Positions 39,331 through 52,689 of a DNA stretch of 64,000 nt are shown in pieces. Positions within the stretch are counted from its first letter, which is position 1, and each line of letters starts with the position of its first letter. The notes beneath the pieces are model-generated. The model was not told where the DNA came from and did no database searches. It was given only the letters and a program-made list of their open reading frames with translations. The position numbers and the translations under genes are program-made. The stretch lies in the NCBI GenBank assembly GCA_010093815.1, contig ML996567.1; one strand, given 5' to 3'. Origin of the DNA: Pseudovirgaria hyperparasitica. Taxonomy: Eukaryota.

Positions 39331-39759
39331 TCCTTTTTAGACCGTTTAGATACCTATCTACTAGTTTTCTAGTAATTTAATTCTTAACTTAATAATATTA
39401 TATACGTTCTTATTTATTCTATAACTATTAAATTTTAGGTTCTAATTTTCTTTAAGTTACTTAAGTATAGGTATCGTATATAAATTAGTTTATCTCTCTA
39501 AATTATATTAGAGTATCTAAACTAGTAACCTAGTAGTTATTAGTTCGGGTACTCTAATCTTTTATATTATATATTACGAGTTTAATTCCGTAGTAGAGTA
39601 CCTTTTTAGTTTCTTAGTTCTATATTCTTCTCGTATATAATAGTCTATATTAGTCTATTCTAGACTTCTCTATGTTATTCTATTATAATATATCGCGTCG
39701 CGTGTCTATAACGGTTATTTACGTTTTCTTTGCGTTTAGTAACTATATATTACTTAAAT

Positions 39760-40815
39760 TATAGGGCTACCTTATAGAGTTTTCCTAGTATGCGTTTAGG
39801 ATTCGTAATTCGATACTTCGTTCTCTATAGTATCCTTCTTCTTTTTATAACGGCCCTAATAGTACTAGGTTTACGGTAGTAACGTGTTATCCTATAACCT
39901 CTATTTATATATAGCTATCGCGGTACTTAAGATATATACCGTAGGTTCCTAGATATCCTTATCCTTGGTATAGTTCTTCTAATAGATTTAATACTTTTAG
40001 ATACCGTTCTCGTTAAGCCTATATTTAATAATATAGTCTACTTCGTACACGTCTAGTCTATCTTAGAGTATAATAGAGTATAATTACACGTTCGTATGTT
40101 TATATATATTAGGTCGAAACCTTTTAAGTAATAAGACGTGGAATACGTTATAGACTTTTATATTATTTCCTAGGTCGAGCTCGTAGGCTCTTATACCGAT
40201 ATAACATTTAATTCGGAAGGGACTAGCTATTTTATAATCGAGCTTTTTATTTACTTATAATATTCGTATATTATAGACGTTAAGGAGGACTTCGTCTCTC
40301 TCCTTGTATGCTTAATCTTTAACTAATCTATTATAGTACTTTATATATAACTTATTCGCTTACTAGATTATTACGCGATAGTTACGTACGGTTTTAAAGA
40401 TTTTAATCGCTAGTTCCTACGCGTGGACGTTAACATCTATTATTCGGTTAAACTAGACTATATAAGGTTCGAAACCTATCCTTAGACTACGTTCTAGGTT
40501 CGCCTAGAAGGGCGTAACACCTATTATACTATAACGACTATTATTATACGCGAATTCTACTATACTTAGTAGAGAGGCCTAGTCGTCTTATTTAAAATTA
40601 TAGAATGTATAAAGGTAGGCCTCGAGCGTTTAGTTCTATCGCTCTATCTAACTATCTATTTATAGATAGAATACTATTAATATGTTTCTATTTATACTAG
40701 CCATTTCGTAGAATAACGTCTAGAATTTAGACGTGAATATACTCCCTCGGTCCGTAATGATCCTTTTTAGTATACTATAGACCTTAATAATCTTATTCTA
40801 GAATACTTATGCTAG
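39760..40815 (-). pseudogene. pol: Element D pol: integrase C-terminal part and chromodomain
   Basis: IITDRGSIFTS ~40731-40762; VFHVS ~40132-40147; VYEVDYIIK[H]...I[H][W]KNYTKD.D.[W]EP ~39943-40050. Confidence 0.9.
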
Positions 40816-41142
40816 TGTGGTAAGCCATCGCTACGTGTGTCCCTTTTGTAAATGGCTGTGTTCCTAGTATAGTAGTCGCGACGAACTTACAAGTATCTCT
40901 CCTAGGTATTATAAGTTCTCTTTGAACGCACGATCTTAATTAATTCTTTAATAGCTAAGCCTAATAATCAATATCTATAGAGGCCTATAAACATAAGGAA
41001 AGGTCGAATAGTCGAATATTAGTAATGGGGGAAGCGCGCCGAGTAGAATGACCAAGGAAAACGCCCTCCTTAAGTATATAATAAAGCTATATAATTAAGC
41101 CAGGGACATATACATATAGGGCTATAGGAGTGGCCTTCTATA
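40816..41142 (-). repeat. 3' LTR of C2 (45-bp deletion variant)
   Basis: Direct repeat of 51821-52147. Confidence 0.95.
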
Positions 41143-41288
41143 TATACCTCCCCGGCCTATAGAACTACTACCCTTAGTAGTATAGTAACCGTGTGAGAAA
41201 CCGTGTAAAGAACGCCTAAAAGAAAGACCTTAATATAAATAAAATGCGCCCCTAGTAAACCTCTTAGCGCGGGTAAACCTTAGCCCGG

Positions 41289-41321
41289 ATTATTAGTTAA
41301 GGGCAGCCCTTAACTAATAAT
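41289..41321. repeat. Shared palindrome near the C2 3' LTR
   Basis: Identical to 21726-21758. Confidence 0.95.
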
Positions 41322-41346
41322 TAGGTAGGTTTTTAGGCGCCTAATC

Positions 41347-44274
41347 TTAGTACTTAAGGTCACGAGCCAGCTCCTAAAGAATTATATTACTTATCTTAGA
41401 GAGGTTAGATTCCTCCTCGTCGGATAGTTTATTAGGCCTCTTCTATCTATAGAAGTTCTCTTTAACGTTATCTAGGCCCGTATTAGACTCGAATTTCTTA
41501 AAATTAATTAGCTACTTAGCGGCGTGCGCCTTATTAAATTCCTTCTAGAACGACCTATCCCTATAGACTAGCCTTTCCTACCTTACTATTTTCTTAAAGG
41601 TCTCTATAAATACCCTCGAGCCCTCCTTAAACCAGGCGTCTACCTTAGCTTTAAGTTATTAAGGACTTATATTAAGCCACGTAGCTGCCTCTTCTTTTAT
41701 CTTCTAGCTATTCTATCTTTTACGGCCGACTAATACGTTACTAACGGCGTTAAAACTCGGGAGTTAAACTACGGCTAGGAAGGCAAAAGGAATCGCACTA
41801 TATTTATTAGAAAATCCCGACGGAGACGTAGGTCCCGGAGTTAAATTCCTATAAGCTACTACGAGTTGTTTCTATGTACCTATTTTAGGCACTTCTATTA
41901 CTATATAATTAGGGCTAATCGCGATATACCATGGAAGTATTATACGTCTTCCACCCTTTACGGGACCCTAGGCGCCGTATATTATTAGTAGGCTAGAGAT
42001 GCGTACTTTAAGGGACTAGTAGAGGACTAGGATAAAGGGACTAAATTATTTCTTATCGTCCGTATTATAGATCTTATCATTAATAGCCGTGATTATACCG
42101 TTTCGATTAACCCCCTCGCGGAGCTTAGCCTTCGACTACTATTTATTTAAGAACTTATAGAAGCGGGGAACGATTATAGTATAGTCGTTACTTTATTCGT
42201 CGTCGAGACTAATACTCCTCTAGATTATATTAAACCCGTGTCTATTACTAGGATTAAGGATTCGATTAATAGCGTTATCGAGATACTTAAAACCCGTCTT
42301 ATTACCCCTATTCTAGGACTTCGTATAGTACGGGTATAAGATTAGATAGTAGTTAAGATTAGGCCGAAGAGCGATATAGATAAGCTAGTAAAGTAGGCAT
42401 TACCTAATAAACTATTAGATATAGGAGTGGTATATAGTTCGTAGCTAGCCGTAGTTCGATTTCTTATTAAACATGCGCTAGTAATACTTATATATATTAA
42501 ATTTATCCCTCGCGAGTTCTAGAATACTCTTATTAAGTATAGAGGTCGTCTTTTTAAGTAGCTCGAAGAGCCCTTTAATATTAATACTTCCGGTACATTC
42601 CTACTCGTTAAAGAGTTACCTACCTATCCTACTATCCTCCTTCTAAATCATAAATATAATACTAGTAAGGATGGTTTTAATATTAATAACTTACTTCGGG
42701 GTCTCTAGGGCCTAGTAATAATAGATACCTAATATCTCTATCGGATAAGGTGGCCGCGCGTACTTCGCGAACCAGGTATAGCGGTCCTTATAAACTTTAA
42801 GGGCCCCCACGTTATCTCTAAACTTATATACTATTTTAAGTCTCGCTACTAGGTTTAACTAGGACACGCTAATAAGTATATTATTCTTTCTAGCCACGTC
42901 TTAGTAATGCTTATAGTAGACTTTATATAGAATAGCCATATTACCTATCTACGCTTTCTAGCGTACTAGTAGGGCCATTCCCTTAATGCTCGTGAAATTC
43001 TTCTTTAATAATATAGCTACCTTAAAAGTCTTCGTTACTAAAGGCGCGCATTAATACTTCTTAGGCTCATCCTCTTCCTCAACCGATACTATCATCTTAG
43101 GGTATAAACTAAGAATAACCGGGGATTATCGTGTAGGCGCCCCTAGTAATTACTAAGGGCCGGTAGATAAGGTACGTCTATGAGTGGGTTTTATCGGCAT
43201 AGCCGTAATAGGTACTAAAGAGGTTCTTATATAGCCTAGTAAGAGATATATACTAGTAGTAGTAGGAGGAATACTTACTTTAAACGGATAACTAGCTTTA
43301 AAGAGACGACGTACTACTAAACTAGAAGGCGTACTTTATGGAGGGGACTTCACTACGGGCGTTACCTACGCTAGTTTTAGTAATAGTAAGGTCTAAGGCG
43401 AAGGCAATGCACTTATCTCTTTAATTTATAGGTAGTATTTAACGGGCCTATAAACTATTCTACTTATCCGTGACTATTAACTAGCGGGGATAATAAGTCC
43501 CGTCTTATTATAGAACGTTAGTTTATTTTATCGGCTAGGGTAGTTTAAGAATTACTAGAGAGATAGACCGTCCTTATTACTATCGCTAGCTAGGGTAGTA
43601 TTAATATTAGAGCTCTAAAGATATACCTTAATTCCCCTTCCCTTCTATCCCTAGCCAATTTAGGACTATAGGGATACGTTTAACTAGTTCCTCGCTCTTA
43701 TCTATGTCCGCATTTATAAGAGCGCTACTAGCTTTTCTATAAAGTTCTATATTTACTAGAGCTGTCCGAGGGCGGATTAGACTAACTAGCTATTATTATT
43801 AGAGAGGTCTTTTCGCTAGTTTTATAGGATTATATTTTTAGCTTTTAGAATGCGGGAGTTAGTATCTCTTCTATAACGAATTATCTCATAGACTTCTTTT
43901 AGAATGGAGGAGTTAATCTTTACCTTACTATACCCTATTACAGCTTCTACTTCCTAGAAGAGGTTAACTATACTACTTAAGAGCTATTCTATAAGGCTAG
44001 TAATATAAAGGAGATTATTAAACGTGTCTAGAATATAGTCCTATCGCTCTTACGGGTCCTAGATAGCGATAATTTAGTTAATAGTAGACTTATTTACTTC
44101 CGTAGCTTCTATAGCCTATCTATACGGAGTAGTAGATGGCCTTAATACCACGATAGCTATCGATAGCTCTACTTTAGTACTTACGACTCTTAACTAGAAC
44201 CGCGTCTATCTTATTAGTGCTTAACGATCTTATAACTCTTTACGGGTAGGCGTTTTCTTTTTCGGTAGGGCTAT
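41347..44274 (-). pseudogene. Extra ORF of C2 (putative 2OG-Fe(II) dioxygenase domain protein)
   Basis: Same 2928-bp span as in C1. It retains some unmutated codons, e.g. TSPSGF ~41811-41828 and LPWY ~41926-41937. Confidence 0.75.
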
Positions 44275-47101
44275 TATTATTATCGGTTCTATTAGCGAGT
44301 TATATTCTAAGAAGAGATAGTTAAGTAAGGCGGAAGTGGAGAAGGAGGTTTTATTAATTAAGGAGGTATAGAGAGGTGTAAGAGGGAAGAGTTATATACT
44401 ATCTTAAGTTCTCTTTTTATACCTCCTCAAATGCCGGGTATATAGTAATTTTTATAAATAATCCTTACTAACGGCCGTAGGCCCGTATACGTGTCGAATC
44501 TATGAATAAATATATACTAGGTATATAGGAAATCTATGAATAAATGTATCTACCGGGTATATAGCGGAATCTATAAATGAATAGATACCGGGTATATTCT
44601 TATCCTTATAAGACTTTCTATAAGTATCTTTTTCTCCTATACCTTCTCCTTCTTTTCTTCCTTATTAGTTCCTAATAGGGCCCGTTCTATAGTAACGAAA
44701 TAGGCCTTTAATAGATAGGCTTCGATTACACGACCGGCTTTAATATATAGTAGATAGAATTCGCGTAAACGCCATTATATCTTCTTTCGAGCATTACTTA
44801 CTTTAATAATAAGTTTTATTATTTTATAGTAATAATAGGGTTTATTATCCTCTTTCGATAATAGAGTTTATCGTCCTTTTTCGATAATAGAGTTTATCGT
44901 TATAAGACTACTTTTATAAGTATCCCTTCTCTTCTTAAAAAAAACTTCTATCCTCTAGAAGGAGATATTAATTCTAGGGAAACGCAAATATTCTTCTCTA
45001 TTAAAGTCTTACGGAGTAGGAATTACTACTTCTACCCGGGTTCGTGTAGCGTCGTCGAGGTATTCCGTAAGTTATTTATAATAGTTTTCCTTATCGCTAC
45101 TCTTCTTATTTTCCTTGGTAATTCTTCTAATTAGTAGTTATAAGGGATTATTGTAACTCTCGTTACTTATATTTCTCATAAAATATTTCTTTAACCTATA
45201 GCTAGGAAACGTCCCTCTAAGTATAGCTCTATTAAGCTCTACGAGCTTATAAGTATAATTAAACACGGACTAGATTCTATATAGCCCCCTCTAATACTAC
45301 CTTAGCTTCCGCCCTATATCCTCTATTACTATAAGTTATATAGAAGGATAATTATATTAACTAGTAACGACTCTTAACGAAGGTAATAGTCGTTATTCTA
45401 TGCCTCTCTCGATTCCTTATACGTTCGTGTCGCGTGGGTATAGGCCTCCTTAAGATCCTTAGATCTTCTCTTAAGTTATCTAGCTCGAAGAGCGAGTAAG
45501 TTAGACGTCGATTATATCTCGTCCTAAGGAAGTATTCGGAGCGACTCGAATTCGACTTTAATAGGCATGATTAGTTTATAGCCGAGCACGAGATATACGG
45601 TACTATACCCTATACTAGCACGTGTCGTTATTCTATCTATCTAGACGACCACATGGAGGTGGCTAGGCTAGTTCTTAAATCCGCTATTAGTTATCTTCGC
45701 GAGAGTATTAGCGAGTAGTATAAAACTTCTCTTAATAATCCTATTTACTCGGGGATTATATATAGATATAACCTTCTAATAAATTCTATAGAGTTAGAGG
45801 AGCTCCTCTATAGCACCTATATTTTCTCTACTACTATTATAGGTAATTTTAGGAATAATTCTATATCTATAGATTACGTTCTTAAAGAGGAACTTTATAA
45901 CGACTATAGACGTAGCTACCATATATACCTCCGCCTTAGTCCATCCGCTTAGCTATTCTTATATAGATACTACTTTACTATACCCTATAGAAGGTAGTAG
46001 CGTCGTTACGTCTAAGTATATTCTTTACTAAAGAATAGACGTTATAATGTGGTAGAGCCCTTTATTAAGACCTCCAAGGAGTTTACTTCATCATTAATAT
46101 TTATTATAGGTTTTCACGTGCTATCACACGTCTCTATATATACCTACCTACTAATACTTATCCTTAATCCTTCCGAGGGTCCCTTCGCTACCTCTATAAT
46201 CTATCTTATTATAAGTAGCGGTAATTATACGCGCCCTAGTATTCGGATCCTTAATTACTCGTGTATATTAGCGATACCTATCTCCTCTCCGCTAGAGTAT
46301 TTAGTTACGCACGAGGAACTTTAGATAGTCGGTTATAAAGGCCTTATACGCTCGGTTAGTTAGGTTAGTTAGCCTCTTAAGTATAGTAAGGTACTTTATA
46401 ATCCTCTACTATTTATCGCTATATTTATCTATTAAGGGAGACTTAATAGTAGTATAGTCGAGTATCTCTATTATATAATCTCTCCCGCTAACGGGCTTAA
46501 TTAACGACGTCTCTAGTATATCTATATATAGAGCTATATCTACGAACTCGTCTAGGTTAAAGGTAGAGATATCTAGTGGTTCTTCTCCTTCGTATATCCG
46601 TAAGATACCGTCGGCGATTATATTACGCTTTCTAGGTACGTGTCTAACTATAAAGTTCTATAGCTAAATCTACGTAAGCCACCTAGTAACGAGCGCCCCT
46701 AGTAAGTTAGTTACGGTACGGTTAATTTAAGCGACTAGAGTATTCGTGTCTATTTCTATAATAAAGTATATACTATAGAGGTATTACCGGAACTTCTATA
46801 ACACGTAGAGAAGGGCTCGGTACTCTAGCTTCACGGTATTATAGTTTCTCTTAGCTTTTAACTATATTCCTCTATTATACCGCGATAGCTAATATTTATA
46901 ATTCTCGTTCTTCTATATTAACGTAGCTCCCTACCTAATATTACTAGAGTCTACTACTAGAATTATATCTCCCGTATCTATTCTATACCGTAATATTATT
47001 AGTGCGGGAGTAGTAGTTAGAGCTATCTTTAGCGCGTCTATCGAGGTCTACTCCTTAGCTATCTACTACTAGGCCGATTTATTCTTTAATAGTATAAATA
47101 G

Positions 47102-47156
47102 NNNNNNNNNNNNNNNNNNNNNNNNNNNNNNNNNNNNNNNNNNNNNNNNNNNNNNN
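47102..47156. other. Assembly gap
   Basis: Run of N. Confidence 1.
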
Positions 47157-48569
47157 ATTCGTCGTGTTTTTATAGGGTTTCTAGTCCCTAATAGTAGTAA
47201 CCTTTTTATTACTCGGTCGCCTCCCTTTAATATCGTAGACGTATTCTATAACGTTAGCGGCTTTAATATACTACTAAGTCTTCTTACTACTTAGGGCGTA
47301 TCTAGCGCGCTCTATATCTATAAGAACCTTATCCACGTTAATTAAATATTCTAGAATATACCTACGAATTCTAGGTAGAGCCTCCTTAGAGTTATATTTC
47401 GTTATAGGTCCTTTAATATCTAAGTTATCTAGGAATAGTAGAGCCCTCTCCGGGATGTATTCTTATATAATAGTTAATATAATTCTAACGAACTAAGCTA
47501 CTAAATTAGTGGCCTCTTAAGGTAATATTATCCCACGTAGTAATTCTAGGGGCGTTATAAACCCCGTTAAGTCTCGGTAATACTCTACTAATAGAATCTA
47601 ATTATATTCTAAGAAGAAGTTAGTAAACGTTAAGACGGCTATCCCTATAAAGTACTCCGAGAACTCTTTACACGAGGGCGGTGTGGCCGTATTATAAATA
47701 GTAACTCGGTTGATTTCTATCGCCGAATTAATTAACCTATAATCTCGTTCCTTATTGGCTTCCTTCTTCTTTTCCACGAGAAAATAGGCGTTTTAATAAG
47801 GACTACTATAGGGCTTAAGCCTTCTACTATTAAGACGCTCTTTTAGAATTATAAGTACCTTCCTATAAAGGGCTCTAGAAATATTAAAGTTCTTAGCCTA
47901 CTATACCTTATATTCTACCGTTCGGATCTTCTACGGAGGTGCCACCTCTTTATTAAATTTACTAAGGTATAAGAATTCCTATACTAGTACTTCCTCACGA
48001 TATAATAAGATTATATATAGTAACTTAAGTTCCGTAGAACGTAGCTCTATTCTAATCTTTAGCTAACTTATATATAGAGGCGTTAGACGTGTTCCTAGCG
48101 GGATAGTTACCCTTCGAGACTCTATTAGTCTATTAAACACGTTAAGGCCTAGGTGGACGGCTAGAAGAAGTACCTACCGTGCGATTACTCGTTCACGCTA
48201 GTCTAGATACCCTAATAGATTTCTAGGAACCTTTTAGTGGGCTTCGGAGTCATCTATAGGGTATACTTTAACTCCCTTTCTTTTATATATAGTAGCTATA
48301 CTAAATCCCTTTAATACCCTAGATGAATACCGTCTTTAGAGACCGGTAGAGCCTACTATAAGCCGTTCTATTATTATACCTTATTTATATATAAAGGTAG
48401 CGTACCTTACTACTATAACTAGGGCGGCTAAGTTATCTTTTCTTAATAACTAAGTAATATTTTTAGGCCGGATTTTCTCGGAAAGTAACTCTATATAACT
48501 TATTTCTATATCCGTATAAAAATATAGCCTATCCCCTTTATTAGTAGGTTTACCAGACCCTATTTAGTA

Positions 48570-48608
48570 CGGATTATTAGTTAAGGGTAGCCCTTAACTA
48601 ATAATCCG
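48570..48608. repeat. Shared palindrome inside C2 pol
   Basis: Same sequence as 29025-29063. Confidence 0.95.
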
Positions 48609-51600
48609 GCTTAACTCCGGCTTCCGGCGATATACTCTACTATATAGTTAGTCTCTAGCCACGGAGTTACCCTTCTTCTCTAAGACTAGAATATACTTAT
48701 CTAGACTAGTTTCGAAGGTTATATATTCTTATCTATATATAGAGTAGACTATTAAGAGTACTTATCTAGAGGCTAACCTCTATACCGTAAGTAAGGCCTA
48801 TCTAGTATATAGCTCCCCTAGAATAAGATTATAATTAAGTTTACTATATATAAATATCGAAGTAGCTATAACGATCCGACCTATACGGATAGGGTATTAC
48901 TATACTATTCCTACGAATAGAGTACTATACTAAGTAGTACTAACTAAACTCGAGTTCTTTATATATAGTAGAAGCGAAGATATTACTAGTCTAAGACGCC
49001 TTATAGTATCTAGTCGAATACTATTTACCTATACGCCACTATTAAATAGTACTATACTAGTTACTCTTTTAGGACTAACTTCTATAGGGTACCTTAGATA
49101 CTCGGCCACTAGCCTTACTATCCCTTCCTTAAGCTAATTAATATCTCGTTATATAATAGCCGTCCCTATAGTATAGAGGGGTGCTAATATATTAAGTTTA
49201 TTTATCTTAGGAGCCATAGTATAGTTATTTCTTTCTTTCCTCTCGGCTCTCTCTTCTTAAGCCTTATAGATCTCTCTAGCTATAAAGTCGGGGGCGCCCT
49301 TCTCGAATACCGTATAATATAAGTTACTATTAAGGCTTAATAGTTCGCTAATAGTAATGTCTATAGTTATCCCTAGAACGCGTACTAGCCATACTTCGCT
49401 AGCTTCTATACTTAGCCGCTATCCTTCGCGTAGATAGTTATTAAGCTTAACGCCTTAGATACGTGCCTTTTAACTAGGATTTAGACTATCCCCTTTATCT
49501 ATCTTATCCTCCGGCGCCGTTAGCTCTTATTTAGACGTTCTCTAGTTACTACTCTTCTCGCTATCCTCCTATTCCTTAATAATTCTTATATACTACTCTT
49601 TACGTATTCCGTAGAGACGGGCGATCTTTCTTTCCTTAGTACGATTAGGTATACTCTTTATAATCCCCCTTCTAGATATTATAAGCATAGCGGGCTCTTC
49701 TAGAGCTATCTCCTTATAGATATATCTATTACTAGCTATATCGAAGCGTTTATAGAATTCTATATATCTATCTTTCTTACTCTTGGGCGACGTGACTTCT
49801 TCTTCTAAATTACTATCCGCTAAGACCTAGTAGAGACCCTTTATAGATTTTATACTAATACTATATACTAGCACTCCCTATAAAGCGTTAATATTTACTA
49901 TAGACGTAGAAACCTTCACTCCTTCTCCGTACTAGCTTAGGCCGTTTTAAACCGTTACTACGTAGTTCTAGATAGCTTATAGAGTAGCTTATAGCCCTAC
50001 TAAGGAGGGTAGTAATAGGATTTCTTCTCCGTTCGCCCCGAAACGCCCTTAGAATACTTATACCCCGTTAATATTTAGTAATCCGTCTCTAATGTATTCT
50101 ACTATCTCCGGACATCTATATATTAGGTAATCTCCTCTATATGTAATGTATATAATTAGTCTTCGAGGCCTATTCTAGAATATAATACCTTCTTAGAAGT
50201 CTCGGGTAGAGACGTATTCTCTATTCTATATATAATTCTATAGATAAACTTACGTTAGTTCTATAGACATGCCTCGTACTTAGAGATATACTAAAAGATT
50301 TAGCCTTCGCGCCTACTAGTTAATAATAGCCGAAAGTAGCTTAGGTTCGTACTTCTTAAGGGATAGAAATAAGGGATTAGAGGTAAAGTAGGACTTTATC
50401 TTAATTAACGTGAGGTCTAGTTTACTAAATCTCTCTACTATCTCGTTAAACTTATCCGATTCTAGCGTAATGTGTACTACGACTAGAGAGGGGTAGTTAA
50501 ATTTATTAGTTCTTCTTTCTTTATATAACTACTCTTCTAAGCTAGTCTTCTTACTCCCTATCTTTAATTTATAGTATATAGCTATGGCTAGCTCTTATAC
50601 GGCTAAGTACTTATTAATACGAGCTAGTTCCTTAAGTACTCTAGCCTTTCGTAATACGAAGCCATAGATAATTATCTAGTTATAACTATATACTTCTATC
50701 GTAAGTTAATATTTCTCTATAGCCCGAGCCTTAAGACTATTAGGCAGCCCTTCTAGGAAGAGCTCTATTCGTGAATACGAGCTTAGGCTTTCTTTAGCCG
50801 TAAGTTTCTCTATAATAATATAATACTAGGAGTAGTATATAGGGAGAAAGTAGGATAGGTCTACTTTAACCATTTCCACGTATTTTCAAACAAAGTAGAT
50901 AGTGCCTTCCTTAAGGGTAGAGTTAAATAGAGAGAATTCCTTTAATAATTCTTCACGTAGCGTGGCCTACTACTATTTCTAAAATCTACTTATTCCTTTA
51001 ATAGTAGGACGGAGATAGTCCTCGTAGTATAATAGTAGGGAGGTTATCTTCTTATTAGGCGGAACTTTATAGTTTATATATATATCCTCGTACTTCTAAA
51101 GGAAGGCTATAATATTTATTCCTTTAAAGCGCTCGGGGGCTAGGGTAGGTAGAGATACTATCCTTCCTTATCGCGTAAATGCTACGAAGAAGTTAAGTAT
51201 CTCTCTATAAGTTACTAGGTCGTTATTTTAAGCTCCTATCGCACTATTACTAGTAGTAGATATACTAGTAGAGACGCTAGGGGTAAGGTTATTAGTTAAG
51301 GGATTACCTTAACTAAAGGTTAGCCTAATGCGTCTACCTATAATACCTATTATCCCTTCTCTATGTTAACTAATCCCTTTATAAGGTAAACTATTACTAT
51401 CATCTTTATTAATATAAGGTTCACGGTATCCTACTTATATTATTATCTTCGTATAAGGCGTTCCTAAAGTAGTATACTCGTATAGCCGTATTTATAAATA
51501 ACAGCTATAGTAGTACTAAATAGGTTATATTTATCGTTTTTAAACTCTTCTTTACTACTTTATCTAGCCCTATTTTATATTCTATTCCCCTAAGATATTT

Positions 51601-51820
51601 TCGAGTCGTGCTATTACCCGTATTAGTATGCGCATGCTTTTTACGGCTACTTTTAAGAGGCTAGCCCCTAGCGACTCTAGACTCCCTGTTTTCCGGACTC
51701 ATGGCTTCGATCTAGTAAGTCTAGACTACCTTATTAGGCACGCTATATACTTCCTCTAAGCTAGTTTCGGAGTCCTAATCTCCCTCTATAAGTTCGTAGT
51801 CCGGGTATAACCTCTAAAAT

Positions 51821-52147
51821 TATAGTAAGCTATTACTACGTGTGTCCCTTTTATAAATGGCTATGTTTCTAGTATAGTAGTTACGACGAACTCATAAGTA
51901 TCTCTCCTAGGTATTATGAGTTCTCTTTGAACGCACGATCTTAATTAATTCTTTAATAGCTAAGCCTAATAATCAATATCTATAGAGGCCTATGAACGTA
52001 AGGAAAGGTCGAATAGTCGAATATTAGTAATAGGGGAAGCGCGCCAAGCAGAATGACCAAGGAAAACGCCCTCCTTAAGTATATAATAAAGCCATGTAAT
52101 CGAGCTAGGGACACATACATGTGGGGCTGTAGGAGCGGCCTTCCACA
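51821..52147 (-). repeat. 5' LTR of C2 (45-bp deletion variant)
   Basis: Ends ...TTCCACA, followed by CTAG. Confidence 0.95.
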
Positions 52148-52617
52148 CTAGTTCTTTTAATGTAATCGTCTTCTATATAGGGACGTACCTAGATATCTTT
52201 ATAAGTCTATCCACGATAATAAGAATTAAATTATAACTTATTCTAAGCCTCTCGCTTAGAGGTAAGTTAACTATAAAATCTATAGTAATATCTTCCTATA
52301 TAAAGAGGGGGACTAGTAGAGGCTATAAGTTTCTATATAGCTTATATCTAGGTGCCTTTATTCTTTAATAAATCGGATAAGTAGCTATCTATTCTTTAAC
52401 GTACTTAGGTATATCTTCCTAAAAATAGTACTAATAAATCGAGCTTAGGGTGCGTATATACCCAAAATGTTCTACTAGGTTAGTGTTATAGTATCGGCTA
52501 ACTATAGTAAATCGTACGTTATCTATCGGTATATAGTACTTTCTATTATAGTAGAGTAAGCTATCTATAAAGGTCTACTTATAGTCTACTTCGGTCTATA
52601 ATAACCTATCTTACTAT
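52148..52617 (-). pseudogene. pol: Element D pol: linker and integrase N-terminal zinc finger
   Basis: [G]HFGY.RTL ~52446-52473; DIT[M]DF.V[D]LP ~52260-52292; ILIIVDRL.K ~52198-52227. Confidence 0.88.
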
Positions 52618-52689
52618 TTTAGAGGTCGTACCCGGACTACGAACTTATAGGGGGAGATTAGGACTCCGAAACTAGCTTAGGGGAAGTAT

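Larger units (their letters stand above)
45072..51746 (-). pseudogene. gag-pol of C2
   Basis: Colinear with C1 and C3; FLD[D]LG at ~47418-47436. Confidence 0.9.
40816..52147 (-). mobile_element. Family C copy C2, full length
   Basis: 327-bp LTRs 40816-41142 and 51821-52147; outer ends TG...CA; 4-bp TSD CTAG. Confidence 0.95.

Noticed and set aside
21208..52147. C1 and C2 as a tandem segmental duplication
   Set aside because: They have different TSDs, different flanks and different LTR indel variants, which indicates independent insertions.
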